This document shows, one piece after another, positions 1 to 10,982 of a stretch of 64,000 nucleotides of DNA (the stretch's first letter is position 1; each line of letters opens with the position of its first letter). The translations under genes and the position numbers were made by a program. Under the pieces are notes generated by a model, which saw only the letters and a list, made by a program, of their open reading frames with translations, was not told where the DNA came from and did no database searches. The DNA comes from a virus. The stretch lies in the IMG/VR virus record IMGVR_UViG_3300035698_031678, positions 32,001-96,000 of that record; one strand, 5' to 3'.

Positions 1-32
1 ACACCAGAGAAGAGGTAATTAGTATTTTTGAT

Positions 33-596
33 ATGAATGAAATAGTTTCGATATTTGATTCGGAAACTTTAAAAGATAATAGCGTTCACCTGAACGTTAT
101 AGAAGAAAACACAAAAACATATGCAGAAAAACAAGAATTTGACCTTGTTAAAAGCTTTATACTGAAAACCTGTAATGGTTGCCCAGCTTTCATTCATTAC
201 TATAACATGTTGGGTAGTAACATTTATTACGTTAACAGAAAAGTGATGTATCAAGAGAAAAGATATAATGTTATTTGTTCTAACGGAAAGACTTTATACT
301 TGACAGATAACAGTTGTATAAAAATAGTTTCTACTGATGAAGTTAAGGTTGTTATAGAAGATCTGAATTTTAAAGAAACTTATGAATTTGTTGTCTTGGT
401 TTATCAACAGATGTTAGAGTTTAAACCTATTTCTCTAGTTAAGTTTGTCGCTATATTTGTAGACATATACGACCTCAATTACAAAAAACTAATTAGTTCC
501 TTAAACCCAGAGATGAAAGACACACTGATGAAAGAAATAAAGAGTTTTACTACTAAAAATAATTTGGGTTACGACTTCGGTAGAGCAAAAATATGA
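33..596 (+). CDS. hypothetical protein
   Basis: 187-aa ORF with phage-like composition; no motif recognised. Confidence 0.6.
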   Translation: MNEIVSIFDSETLKDNSVHLNVIEENTKTYAEKQEFDLVKSFILKTCNGCPAFIHYYNMLGSNIYYVNRKVMYQEKRYNVICSNGKTLYLTDNSCIKIVSTDEVKVVIEDLNFKETYEFVVLVYQQMLEFKPISLVKFVAIFVDIYDLNYKKLISSLNPEMKDTLMKEIKSFTTKNNLGYDFGRAKI

Positions 597-625
597 AACC
601 AATTGATATCACATTCGTTAATTTA
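594..625 (+). promoter_or_regulatory. putative ECF-like phage promoter TGAAAC-N17-GTTAATTTA upstream of HU
   Basis: Same boxes and spacing recur upstream of the SSB gene (22332-22363, minus). Confidence 0.6.
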
Positions 626-658
626 ATTCAAAATATTGTCTAACTAAAAAATAAAACA

Positions 659-973
659 ATGACTTACGAGGATTTAATTAGTAAAGTAGCAAAAACTACA
701 GGAGGAACAAAGAAATCAACAAAAGAAACTATTGGTGTTTTTGTTCAATCATTAAATGATACGGTTACTACTGGTGACCAAATCTTGATTCCTAATTTTG
801 GAAGAATTTCTGCAAAGAGACGTGCTGCACGTACTGGTAGTAACCCTTCTACTGGAGATCCAGTTGAGATTCCAGCAAAGTTTGTACCTCACATGAGTTT
901 TGTGAGTAAGCTAAAAATGGCTGTAGCAACTATTCCTGTAACGGAAGATGAAGCTGTTGCTGAAGAAGCTTAA
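659..973 (+). CDS. hup: HU/IHF-family histone-like DNA-binding protein
   Basis: GDQILIPNFGRISAKRRAARTGSNPSTGDPVEIPAK matches the HU arm motif. Confidence 0.93.
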   Translation: MTYEDLISKVAKTTGGTKKSTKETIGVFVQSLNDTVTTGDQILIPNFGRISAKRRAARTGSNPSTGDPVEIPAKFVPHMSFVSKLKMAVATIPVTEDEAVAEEA

Positions 974-1001
974 TTTGTATAAGTAAAATTTACAATAAAA
1001 C

Positions 1002-1033
1002 AAAAACCCCTGATTTAAGTTAGGGGTTTTTTT
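1002..1033. terminator. bidirectional intrinsic terminator
   Basis: AAAAACCCCT...AGGGGTTTTT(TT) hairpin between convergent genes. Confidence 0.85.
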
Positions 1034-1427
1034 ATGCTTGGTTTTCTAGGTTTTTTATTCTAGTGTATTCTTGTTTCAATGTAGCCATTGCAGCTTCATC
1101 TTCTGTTGTAGCAAAACCCATGCTTTCGTCAAAATTTATCTTTCTTTGAACGTTATCAATTTTTTTAAATATATTGATAGAAGTCTCTACAAAAACTGGA
1201 TTAATCCTAATCAATTCACTGTCGTACAAAGTGTTGTCCGTTATAGATTTAGAATCCATTCCTATATGGGTGTAAGCTTTTTCAACAGTCATACTACCTA
1301 TAGAAACAATTTTCCTTCCTGAACCTTTAGGATAGTTTGGTGTAAAATTTATTACTCCTACTATAATACCATTTTCTATTTCAAAATTCATAATTTTATT
1401 TTTTCCAGATTCCAATATAGTTAACAA
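1032..1427 (-). CDS. hypothetical protein, possible fibre assembly chaperone (true start probably MNFEIE)
   Basis: ORF directly downstream of a fibre-like gene. Confidence 0.55.
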   Translation of the reverse strand: MLTILESGKNKIMNFEIENGIIVGVINFTPNYPKGSGRKIVSIGSMTVEKAYTHIGMDSKSITDNTLYDSELIRINPVFVETSINIFKKIDNVQRKINFDESMGFATTEDEAAMATLKQEYTRIKNLENQA

Positions 1428-3051
1428 AAGAAGGTATAGTTATATTACTTTCTGAATTAGCCATGTTTATTATAACTCTACCAATAGTATTATCAATTTG
1501 GTAACCACACCATAATAGATCAAATTCGTCTACGTTGCCTGCAAACCTGATCTTAGATATTGTGGGTAAAAACCCGATCAGGTGAGCTATTGTAAATCCT
1601 GTTGGTGGATAAGCGTAGTTGTAATTCTCTGTAAAGTTATCATCTTCTCTGTAATTTACCCCAGATGATCTGTTTGCCATTGCTACTCTACCAGTAGTGA
1701 CAGCTATTTCATCTAAAGTTATTCCAGGAAAGTTTACAGCTGATCCGTTAGGATGAACGCCTCTAGGTACAACTGAAGTGCCACTTCTGTATATACCTTC
1801 TATGAGAATTGGTTTGTTAAGTATGGCATTGTCTTCTGATTCAGCAGAACTGTAATCAGGCTTTAATTCTAATCTTGTTAATAAATCATCAGTAAGGTTG
1901 TTATCAGTTCTTACATAGTCTGGATCTTGAACAAAATCTAGATCTATTAGGTCTTGTTCCATCTCGTCTGCTAAAAAACCAGAATTTACAACACCATCTT
2001 GAATTATATAGTCTCCATTGGTATTAGCTAAGTTATCGCTAAAAATATTTCCATTGACTTGTAAATTTAAATTTACTACAAGACTTTGAGCGGTTGGATT
2101 TGACCCACTTTCAACGTAAAAATCTGTGTCGTCAGAATAAATTCTTAAAGCAGTTGAAAATAAAGATACTTGCTCTGCATTACTAACTAAAGTACTTCCA
2201 CTTCTTGTGTCAGAAAACACATGTCTAGCATAGTCCTTAGCAGTATTAAGGGTTAAACTATTTTCTCCATTTTGTATTTGAAAGAAACCATTATTGCTAT
2301 CCTGGTAGTACCTGAAATAGGTAGCACCATTAAGACTTTCTGCATCATGGCTGTCTCTATACTTGAATGTTAATTGAGAAAAATCTCTTGAGGTAGAACT
2401 TACAGCGCTCGTGCTAAGGTTACCACTATTATTGTTTTCAGTTTCTATTAAATTGGTTATGGTTAAAGTACCGTTTACAGGATCATTTTTCTTATGATCT
2501 CCTATGAATACTCTGTAATGGCTAACTATTCCATTTTCTTCTTCAAAAAAACCTAAGTTACCTTTGTCTTCGTTAGGACTATCATCCCATTCTTTTAAAG
2601 AACTGCTGGTGATACTATTGCTTACAACACTCTCTTGTTTTAGGTAAGTAGTCGCAGTAATGTTGTCAACTAAACTATATTGTAAAGAATATCTTAACAC
2701 ACTAGAAACTTCAATTATTTCATATACGTTACCATTTCTATCAATAACAAGGTCTGACTCTAGGTGTGAGGTATTTGTAACTATTTGGTTGTTAGCTAAG
2801 GAGTTGGTTGATGAAAATATGTTGTTACCTCTTTCTCCTCTATCACCAACTATACTAAGCCCAGGTAAGGCTTCTGGAAAAACGTAACCTGATAAAGATA
2901 TTTCGAATTTTTCAGCAAAGTGATTATATAATTGGTCAACGTTGTAGTTAAAACTTTCTACAATCGTATCAAAATTATACCCTTCGTTTATTTTCTTTAG
3001 AGTAAAACTTGGTAGGCTGGACAATTCCAGTGAGTTTAGACCATCATTCAT
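1396..3051 (-). CDS. tail fibre/baseplate-attached structural protein
   Basis: N-terminal ESFNYNVDQL attachment-like motif; S/N/T-rich; C-terminal YPPTGF...FLPTISKIRFAG...NYIGIW resembles a phage fibre tip domain. Confidence 0.65.
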   Translation of the reverse strand: MNDGLNSLELSSLPSFTLKKINEGYNFDTIVESFNYNVDQLYNHFAEKFEISLSGYVFPEALPGLSIVGDRGERGNNIFSSTNSLANNQIVTNTSHLESDLVIDRNGNVYEIIEVSSVLRYSLQYSLVDNITATTYLKQESVVSNSITSSSLKEWDDSPNEDKGNLGFFEEENGIVSHYRVFIGDHKKNDPVNGTLTITNLIETENNNSGNLSTSAVSSTSRDFSQLTFKYRDSHDAESLNGATYFRYYQDSNNGFFQIQNGENSLTLNTAKDYARHVFSDTRSGSTLVSNAEQVSLFSTALRIYSDDTDFYVESGSNPTAQSLVVNLNLQVNGNIFSDNLANTNGDYIIQDGVVNSGFLADEMEQDLIDLDFVQDPDYVRTDNNLTDDLLTRLELKPDYSSAESEDNAILNKPILIEGIYRSGTSVVPRGVHPNGSAVNFPGITLDEIAVTTGRVAMANRSSGVNYREDDNFTENYNYAYPPTGFTIAHLIGFLPTISKIRFAGNVDEFDLLWCGYQIDNTIGRVIINMANSESNITIPSFVNYIGIWKK

Positions 3052-6007
3052 CGTTAATATTGTTTGCTGTTTCTAAATTATGTATTTCTTCCAGCTCTGT
3101 CCAGTTTGCATTATATTGATCCCATTTTTTATCAAATAAAGACCAATAACTTTCTAATTTGTTACCAGAAAAACTCTTTAAATTTATTGTTTTTAGGGTG
3201 TATCTTCCAGAGAATTTTTTACCATCATTACTGATAGTCATTTTTTCTTGAGAACCATCTTGAACTAGTCCACCTAAAATAGTTTCGTAAATTACGTTTT
3301 CTTTATTTAAGTTAACAGATTCTTTAAAGAAAGAGTAGTTCATCATTTTTCTTAAATTACTTAGATAATTAAACCCACCTTCTATTTGATACCATGTCAA
3401 TGAAGACCATTGTACCAATTGAGATATTTGACCAAATGTTCTTTCCGCTAGTATTGGTATTCCACCTATCGCAGTTACGAAAATCTTACCATCTTCAGTA
3501 CCAATGGTGTTTTTACCTAGAACAATTTTTTTGTTTTTTCCTTGGTATCCAAAGTAGCCTTTCGTAGAAACGTATGTCTTGTTAACCACATCTATGCCTA
3601 TTATGTTTACATTACCAGAAACGTTAGGTGTTATAAATCTTGCAAGACTGTTGGTTATGCTAGTAACAATATTGTTTTCTTTTATCCTTAGACTTTTGAA
3701 TGGCATTAATATTCCTCTAAACAGAACTTGATCAGAAGTAATATTATTTGGATAAGAGTAATCATATTCTTCACCAAATATACTAGAAGTTGGTTCTGAT
3801 ATCTCACTACTAGAAATGTACATTAGAAGCTTATTAACTTTTTCTCTGTTCCACCTATAGTCTTTTGTAACGATATTCATTATTATCTTTACATTTTTTT
3901 CACTTTCATCAAATCTTATTTTGTATGGTATACCTTTATAATTTTCATCAGTGTTATCAGTGTTAGGTAATATATCTGTTGTTATCTCTAGGGTATAACC
4001 CACATACTTATTTGACAGCCTAAATTCTATGCCATTTAATACACACTTAGCTATGCCAAACCACCCTGTGAAAGTAGAGATTCCTGAATTAAACCATTCA
4101 TTTGTATTTGCAGAAATGTTTGGTAAGTCGTTTTTACCAATCTCTTTTTGGCTATACATTGGCAGAACATTTCCATCAACACCTGTGTTACCATAGCTGG
4201 CAAATTGTATTTCTTTGTTTTCTACTTTAGTGTTATATACTAATTCTTTAGAATAATTTTCTAGTGTCACATCTCCTATAAAATCCTGGTCTATAATAAT
4301 CCCTTTCCCTTTGAGAACTTTAAAAGATGTTGAGGTAGATTCAAATGTGTCTCCTGTGAAGTAAACAGCACCATTATTATCTATCTTACTATCTTGAGAA
4401 ATTAACTTATAAGTCCTTCCTACCACTAGTTCTATGGGGTATATCTCTTCAATGTCTTCGCTATCATAAACTACACCACCAATTTCTTCCACTTTACTGA
4501 TACTTTTGTAATCAAATATGTCGTGTACGTAGTAATTTATAGATTTTTTTTCTATGGTTGTTGTAAACTTACCAGAAAAATTATTTTTTTCTGTCATTAC
4601 GTAATCAAATTTACTAATGTTTTCGAAATCAATAACTCCATTAAAGTTATTTAGTTTTTCCAAATTACTAAAAACCTGTAATACCTTATATTGGTCTTCT
4701 AGAAGTAGGTCTTCCCCTTTTGATACAGTCCCCTTGGCAACGTTGAAAAAAGATTTGCCTTCAAAACTTTCTTCGTTCCTTTCTGTGGATTCTAATTTAT
4801 CACTAACAACTGTGATGACACCTTTAGCTCTACTACCACCTAAAAACAGTAGTCTGCCGTTATAATTTATAGCTTGTACGTTAGTCCTAACAAAAAATCT
4901 TTCATTCCAAGAACCACAAACAGAGTTTATTTGGTCGTTTAATGATCCTGTAGGATTTACTATTTTATCAAAATGATCTCCTTCATTGTAAACGTTACCA
5001 TTAGCAATATAATTGGGTAAGCTGTCAAAAATAAGTTCTTCTCTTACTGTTTCATATACTATAGTAATGCTATCGTTCTGTTGGAATTTTTCTTTTATAT
5101 TTAGTAGGTTTCTAACTTTTATGTTATTTACAGGCTTTATATTAAAAGATCTTCCAAGGTTATAGGTTATGTTAAGCTTATCTACGTTTGATTTATTTTC
5201 GTAAGAAATATTAGAAAAACTATCTTTGCCTTCCAGATGGGATAAGGGATGCTTGTTACTAATACCAAATTTTCCTGATATGTTATCACTGATTAATTGT
5301 AGTCTGTCACCTGGTATTTCTTCTGTTAGATTTAGTTTTCTAGTCCTTAACATTTGCTGAGGACTAAGAAAGCTTGAGAACAATATTTTATTAGTGAAAA
5401 ATATTTCCTCACCTTCTTCTAGTGAGTATGGTAATTCTATTGATATACAGTTAGTTAGTATCAAGTTCTTTCTGTACATCCTTTGAACAACATAATTATC
5501 TAAATCCTCTTCAGATCTTATATTAGAAGTACTTTTAATTATAGAACCTTTAAAAGTGTCAAAACAATCTATTTCTATTTGACCGTTTTCTTTATTTACC
5601 GTTATTGGGTTTGACACTGTTTTTTCAGCAGTCCTTTTAAGGTAAGCTCCAACATTTGTTGATTCAGAATAATCATAGATATTTTTAATAATGTATTTAC
5701 CTTCAATTTTCTTAGCGATTACTATTGTGTCAAATATTTTACCCTCTAACCAGAAGTTATATAAATTTTTATCTTCTGATCTTTTTTTAGTTACAATACC
5801 TTTACCACCCATAGTTTTTAAGTACTGTGAAAGGTCATTAAAGTAATTTGAAGAAGAAGTAATAGACATCTTAGCGTTCAAAGCGTTTATAGAAGATTTT
5901 TCTACAAATATTGGTTGTATAGTTGCTTCATTGTTGTTCTTAATAACAATTTTGACATTACCACTTAATTCTGATAGATGTTCCTTTAGTCTGTAGCTAT
6001 TGTTCAT
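3044..6007 (-). CDS. large putative virion (baseplate) protein
   Basis: 987-aa ORF coupled by short overlaps within a structural operon. Confidence 0.55.
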   Translation of the reverse strand: MNNSYRLKEHLSELSGNVKIVIKNNNEATIQPIFVEKSSINALNAKMSITSSSNYFNDLSQYLKTMGGKGIVTKKRSEDKNLYNFWLEGKIFDTIVIAKKIEGKYIIKNIYDYSESTNVGAYLKRTAEKTVSNPITVNKENGQIEIDCFDTFKGSIIKSTSNIRSEEDLDNYVVQRMYRKNLILTNCISIELPYSLEEGEEIFFTNKILFSSFLSPQQMLRTRKLNLTEEIPGDRLQLISDNISGKFGISNKHPLSHLEGKDSFSNISYENKSNVDKLNITYNLGRSFNIKPVNNIKVRNLLNIKEKFQQNDSITIVYETVREELIFDSLPNYIANGNVYNEGDHFDKIVNPTGSLNDQINSVCGSWNERFFVRTNVQAINYNGRLLFLGGSRAKGVITVVSDKLESTERNEESFEGKSFFNVAKGTVSKGEDLLLEDQYKVLQVFSNLEKLNNFNGVIDFENISKFDYVMTEKNNFSGKFTTTIEKKSINYYVHDIFDYKSISKVEEIGGVVYDSEDIEEIYPIELVVGRTYKLISQDSKIDNNGAVYFTGDTFESTSTSFKVLKGKGIIIDQDFIGDVTLENYSKELVYNTKVENKEIQFASYGNTGVDGNVLPMYSQKEIGKNDLPNISANTNEWFNSGISTFTGWFGIAKCVLNGIEFRLSNKYVGYTLEITTDILPNTDNTDENYKGIPYKIRFDESEKNVKIIMNIVTKDYRWNREKVNKLLMYISSSEISEPTSSIFGEEYDYSYPNNITSDQVLFRGILMPFKSLRIKENNIVTSITNSLARFITPNVSGNVNIIGIDVVNKTYVSTKGYFGYQGKNKKIVLGKNTIGTEDGKIFVTAIGGIPILAERTFGQISQLVQWSSLTWYQIEGGFNYLSNLRKMMNYSFFKESVNLNKENVIYETILGGLVQDGSQEKMTISNDGKKFSGRYTLKTINLKSFSGNKLESYWSLFDKKWDQYNANWTELEEIHNLETANNINDE

Positions 6008-7959
6008 ACTATGAATTCTAATTCATTATCATTAATGCAAGTTAGTTCTATAGATGTGTTTTCTTGTAGAAGAAATCCTTTAACAAGGAATCCGTAAACA
6101 TCATCTTGAAACCTGGAATTTTTGTCTGTATAAATCTCTACATTAACGTTTTTGTCGAAATCTGGGTCTGCCTTGATTATTACGCTTTGACCTAACTCCC
6201 AATTAGCAGTATCGTCTAATAGTATCCTAACGGTGTTTGTAGAACCATCAGTTTTTCTTAATAACAGCATTTTCTTGCCAGTACCAATACTCGTTGTAAA
6301 GCTGCTCTCATTATCAGAATCAAGGGTAATTCTTTCTACTTGAGAATAATTGGTCTTTTTGTCAATCAACCTTAATATACCATTTTCATATTTTAAACCA
6401 GCGTTTGCGCCATTTCTTACTTGAAAATTGTTTTCTACTCTAATGGTAGTGTTTCCTGTAAGAATTTCTTGTAATCTAGAATATATGTCTTGGTACAGAT
6501 TAGAATTAACTCCATTACCATTGTCTGCTATAGCTTTAGCTAAATCCTCTACTTCTGATGTTAGTTTATTAACTTTCTCTTCTAATAATAACTCTTCATA
6601 GTTACTTTTTAACCCTAAAGAATTCTTTTCGAATATTCCTAACAATTCTCTTTGCTTAGAATACACTTCTGAAAATAAACCCATAGCAAAATGAGTTTCT
6701 GGATTAACTTCTGTTTCTATGGTAGTGTCTGAAGCGCCTTGTCTAGCACCTATCTTAAAGTTAAACTTGTAAGATTTTGAGTTTCCTTGTATGCTTAAAA
6801 ATCCATCGTTTTTGATTTTTCTGGTTCTATCTACGTAAGATATACCGCTAGTTGTTGACTCTACGTTTCCTAAGAAAGCTACTCCATAAAGGTTTGTTCT
6901 TTCTTCTAAAGTGGTAGTATCCTTTACTGTGTAATAGAGTAAACATACGTTGTATTGAAAAGATTTAGCTTCTATTGTTTTATTGTAATCTTCAAAGCTA
7001 TTAACTCTACCACTAAAATCTTCATAGTTTTCAAAGTCAAGGTCTAATCTAACCCCATCTAGTTTACTTCTGTAGATTTCTTTTTCACTGCTATCTTCAT
7101 TAACTCTAACGATATCTTCGTTAGTAACATCGTTAAATAATTCGTCTGTTATATAAACGTTTTCAGCAGCAATATTAGTCAACCAATTATCTATAGCGTT
7201 TCCATCAGAGTCTTCCGAATTATAATCTATCCCAGTGACATCTTTATCGTAGTGAGCCTGTATGCCAATACCTGTTTCTAGCTCGTCACCTTCTGTTTGA
7301 CCTAAAATATACTCTTTGTTGTCTCTTCTAGAAACTAACATGTTAGGCAAGTAGTTTTCAGTTTGTATAGATTTGAACTGAACCTTTGGTGTACTACCAC
7401 TTTCTGTTGGTACTAGTATGTATACCTCTTTGAAAGAATTTCTGTTTGTTATAGATGTGTTTTCTATTCCTATTGCACCAACATATTGCACCACTTTCTT
7501 GTATAGTGGTAATGAGTCTGATTCGTTTTTGTTTTCTTCTAATACTTTACCTCTACTATCTTTTCTATATCTTATACCGCCTACCTCTTTAAGCCATTTC
7601 CAGAATATGCTCTCTGTTGGTGTATGTAATTTGTCTTTAACGTAATCATCAGAATCTACTAATAAACTTTCAAAGTTCATCATATAGTTCTGTAAACTTT
7701 CGCTTAGGTCTTTCTTATCTTTAACAGCCCCGACACCGCTATTTTGGTTAGCAATTGACTTACCTTCGATCCTATCAAAGTCTACACTATTAGATTTATC
7801 GACTGAAACTCTAATGTCAGGTAAATTTAAAAGGGCAAAGTGAGAAAAGTTTACCTCTTTAGTTCCATCATTCTGGGCTAAAAAATCAAAATCTTCCAAA
7901 GAACTTTTAAAAGTTATTAATGATGTTCTGTCTACTAATTTTATAATTGGTGTACTCAT
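6004..7959 (-). CDS. putative baseplate structural protein
   Basis: 651 aa, central coiled coil, divergent from wedge gene, late-type ATAAATA motif upstream. Confidence 0.55.
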   Translation of the reverse strand: MSTPIIKLVDRTSLITFKSSLEDFDFLAQNDGTKEVNFSHFALLNLPDIRVSVDKSNSVDFDRIEGKSIANQNSGVGAVKDKKDLSESLQNYMMNFESLLVDSDDYVKDKLHTPTESIFWKWLKEVGGIRYRKDSRGKVLEENKNESDSLPLYKKVVQYVGAIGIENTSITNRNSFKEVYILVPTESGSTPKVQFKSIQTENYLPNMLVSRRDNKEYILGQTEGDELETGIGIQAHYDKDVTGIDYNSEDSDGNAIDNWLTNIAAENVYITDELFNDVTNEDIVRVNEDSSEKEIYRSKLDGVRLDLDFENYEDFSGRVNSFEDYNKTIEAKSFQYNVCLLYYTVKDTTTLEERTNLYGVAFLGNVESTTSGISYVDRTRKIKNDGFLSIQGNSKSYKFNFKIGARQGASDTTIETEVNPETHFAMGLFSEVYSKQRELLGIFEKNSLGLKSNYEELLLEEKVNKLTSEVEDLAKAIADNGNGVNSNLYQDIYSRLQEILTGNTTIRVENNFQVRNGANAGLKYENGILRLIDKKTNYSQVERITLDSDNESSFTTSIGTGKKMLLLRKTDGSTNTVRILLDDTANWELGQSVIIKADPDFDKNVNVEIYTDKNSRFQDDVYGFLVKGFLLQENTSIELTCINDNELEFIV

Positions 7960-7970
7960 CTGTTGTTATA

Positions 7971-7994
7971 ATAAATATAAGGAATCCTATTTAT
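7971..7994. promoter_or_regulatory. face-to-face pair of late-type ATAAATA promoters
   Basis: ATAAATA at 7971-7977 (+) and TATTTAT at 7988-7994 between divergent structural genes; cf. T4 late promoter TATAAATA. Confidence 0.55.
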
Positions 7995-8007
7995 TTTTTC
8001 TAAGATT

Positions 8008-9567
8008 ATGACATATTTAAAAGCATTTGACATCAAACTAAACGGACTGTTTGATTCCACAAGAGATTATCTAAAAAAGAATTTTGGCAATAATTCTTTA
8101 AAGTTGGATTACTCTAGACCTGAAGGTCAAATACTTTTGGTAATAATGAATATAACTAAAATAGTTAAATTCTACCTTAAAGACGTATCTAAACAAACAA
8201 ACATTCTTACTGCAGACAGAGATCACACCGTTATGGGTCTAGCTGCATTAGTGGGTCATAATGCCTATAGAGGAGAAGGTAGTAAAGGTATAGTAAAATT
8301 TGTAAAGAAACAAGACGTAACGTCAGCTGGAACACCGCAAGAGGTTATTATAATACCAAATAATTTTAGATTGGTTTGCATGAATAACAATCTAGAATAT
8401 TACGTTAGTATAAATGGTGAATTTATTAAAACAAACCTAAACAATCAAACAAAATTTAGCATTATACAAGGTAAGAGAAACGTAAAAACCTTCCAGTCTA
8501 ATGGTGGTAATTTACAAACTTATAGTGTTCCTATTGCTGCTAACGATAACATAGATAACGAGCAAATCCAAGTGTATGTAAATGGCGTTAAATTTTCTAA
8601 GAACACCACTTTATACGACAACATGCTAAAAGAAAAAACAGTATTGGTTAAGACTGGAATATCTGGTGGTGTTGATGTAACATTTGGAAATGAGAGAAGT
8701 CATACTATACCAGGTTTGGGCAGCAAAATAGAAATAATATACTTTACTCACGAAGGCATACTAGGTAATGAAGCAGAACCATTATTTAGGTTCAAAGACT
8801 CTGCTTATGGGCTAGATGGTAGTATAGTAGACCTAAATTCTTTATTTTACGTACAGTATTTAGAAGGAGGTTTATTATTTGGTAGTAATCCTGAAGGTAT
8901 AGAACTTACTAGAATGTTAGCTCCAATCAATAATTCGCATTCTATAATTCATGACAAAAAGAGTCTTACATATGAACTTACAAAGATGAATATGTTTGGT
9001 GCTGTTATGGTAGAAGTAGAAGAAGAATTTCTAGTAGCTACTTTATTTCCAAGAATTTCAGAAATAATTTCTAATGACGAAGACTACTTTAACTTTGATA
9101 TCAATAAATTGCTAATAAATCCTCAAACAATAAGTAGGCTAAAAGACAAAATAGAGATAAAGCAAAGCAATTCAGTTGAGGTAGAGCTTATAAACCCTAA
9201 AATAGTCAAGTATGGAATAAATCTTGTTATAGAACTAAGAGAAAATCCCATTTTTGACAGCATTTCCTTTCTAAAAGATGTTAGAAAAGTAATATCCGAA
9301 TACAATTTATCGCTAACCAGAACTAATAAAGCCCACATTAGCGATATAATTAGAATTATTGATTCTATGGAAGAAGTTGATAGTTTAACTGGAGAATTTA
9401 TCGTAGGCGATGATTCCCACCTGGACAATCTAAAAAACATTAAATTGTTTAACAACCAACTAGCAGTAATGAGAGGTGGATTTGTTAATAGCTTAGGTCA
9501 AAACGTTTCTGACGAATTTAATGGTCAAACTCTTTCTTCTGTCAATATAGAATTGGTTATTCCTTAA
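8008..9567 (+). CDS. baseplate wedge subunit (T4 gp6/baseplate J-like)
   Basis: LTADRDHTVMGLAALVGHNAYRG and VTFGN...IP..G..I.I.Y motifs typical of gp6-like wedges. Confidence 0.75.
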   Translation: MTYLKAFDIKLNGLFDSTRDYLKKNFGNNSLKLDYSRPEGQILLVIMNITKIVKFYLKDVSKQTNILTADRDHTVMGLAALVGHNAYRGEGSKGIVKFVKKQDVTSAGTPQEVIIIPNNFRLVCMNNNLEYYVSINGEFIKTNLNNQTKFSIIQGKRNVKTFQSNGGNLQTYSVPIAANDNIDNEQIQVYVNGVKFSKNTTLYDNMLKEKTVLVKTGISGGVDVTFGNERSHTIPGLGSKIEIIYFTHEGILGNEAEPLFRFKDSAYGLDGSIVDLNSLFYVQYLEGGLLFGSNPEGIELTRMLAPINNSHSIIHDKKSLTYELTKMNMFGAVMVEVEEEFLVATLFPRISEIISNDEDYFNFDINKLLINPQTISRLKDKIEIKQSNSVEVELINPKIVKYGINLVIELRENPIFDSISFLKDVRKVISEYNLSLTRTNKAHISDIIRIIDSMEEVDSLTGEFIVGDDSHLDNLKNIKLFNNQLAVMRGGFVNSLGQNVSDEFNGQTLSSVNIELVIP

Positions 9568-10009
9568 TCTGATTGATAAATTGTTCTATAAGTTTGAACG
9601 CTTTACTGATGCTACCATCTAGTAATCTAGACCAAAATTTAAAGCTGCCTTTTCTAACGAGGATTGCATAAGCTTCTTTTAACAAGTCCCAAGAATCTTC
9701 TTTTTTTAAAGGCTCAAAAAGATTAATTTTTTTATCCTTTACTTGGTTTGTTCGAATTTGGTCTTCAACACCTTCTAGTCTTAACCAAGATCCACCAGAA
9801 ACTTCTGTTATGGTTCTGCTAAAATTTTGATAAAATACCTTGTCACCTTGTAAGTGTGGCACTTTAACTCTTTCGAATCTACCAAGGAGTTCACCATCTT
9901 TAGTGTCCATTGATTTCAGTACCCCATCTTTGGTAATGTCGTAATTGCTTCCTTCGAATACAACCGTTTTGTGACTACCAGCCTTCTTTTTAACTTTTAC
10001 TATGCTCAT
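9557..10009 (-). CDS. hypothetical protein
   Basis: 150-aa ORF in operon with the deaminase. Confidence 0.6.
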   Translation of the reverse strand: MSIVKVKKKAGSHKTVVFEGSNYDITKDGVLKSMDTKDGELLGRFERVKVPHLQGDKVFYQNFSRTITEVSGGSWLRLEGVEDQIRTNQVKDKKINLFEPLKKEDSWDLLKEAYAILVRKGSFKFWSRLLDGSISKAFKLIEQFINQIKE

Positions 10010-10012
10010 AAC

Positions 10013-10969
10013 TTAAAATTTAATGAATGAATAATTTAACGAATTAGATAATATTTCAGTTTTTTTGTTTATTAATATTTCAGACTTGTCTAGATAAGAA
10101 TATTCATTTTTTAAACTAGTTCCAAGAAATAATTTTCCATCTGTATTAAGTGTTATATTCACACCGTTAACCACCAGATTTTCCATAGCATTTATCATGC
10201 CTGATTCATCAAATATTTTGGTAGTTATATTAGAGTTTGGACACATTTCCAAACATACGTCATTATGACTTAATAATTCCATAGTCTGCATGTTTTTATA
10301 GGCTTGCACGCCATGACCTATTCTTTTTACCCTTAACTCATTAACTGCATATTCTATTTCTGAATTACCATCCAAAGGTAATTCTCCAGCATGTACCGTA
10401 AGACCAACTTTGTCAGAGTTGTGAAATATGAACATATATGCTTTCCTTAATTTTTCCATATCAGAAAGTCCGCAAGTAGCACCACTAGCATCAAAGCCTA
10501 CAATACCAAAATTTTCATACTTTACCGCTTTCCTGGCTAATATCAAAGATTCTTCCTCTGTAAAAGATTTGTCGGTTGAAATAATGATTCCAGCATGAAC
10601 ATTAAAGGCATCTTTTGCTCTGTTCAAACCTATACAAGCCTCTAGAATTATAGTATCTAAATCGTACAAGGCGTCATTATTTCTAAACATTGGGTTGAAC
10701 CTAATTTCTATGCCATCTATACCATCATCGTAAGCACTTTTAACTGCAGCATATATGCTCTCTCTTACACCCATTGGAGTACTTTGAATCATGTGAGTCA
10801 ATTTGTACTTATTGAGATACTCATTGTGATTTTTAACGCTAGTAGCAGAGAATACATTACGAAAATCACTGTAGTTTTTGAAACCTGTGTTTATTCCTTG
10901 TAACTTTGCTATTCTCCAAAGTTCTTCTGGGCTTACCATAGAACCTAAGTGAGCATGTAAATCAATCAT
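10013..10969 (-). CDS. add: adenosine/AMP deaminase family protein
   Basis: DLHAHL, HAGE, RIGHG, LEMCPNSN and NTD metal-binding/catalytic motifs. Confidence 0.92.
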   Translation of the reverse strand: MIDLHAHLGSMVSPEELWRIAKLQGINTGFKNYSDFRNVFSATSVKNHNEYLNKYKLTHMIQSTPMGVRESIYAAVKSAYDDGIDGIEIRFNPMFRNNDALYDLDTIILEACIGLNRAKDAFNVHAGIIISTDKSFTEEESLILARKAVKYENFGIVGFDASGATCGLSDMEKLRKAYMFIFHNSDKVGLTVHAGELPLDGNSEIEYAVNELRVKRIGHGVQAYKNMQTMELLSHNDVCLEMCPNSNITTKIFDESGMINAMENLVVNGVNITLNTDGKLFLGTSLKNEYSYLDKSEILINKKTEILSNSLNYSFIKF

Positions 10970-10982
10970 AGTTTTTTGTTTT

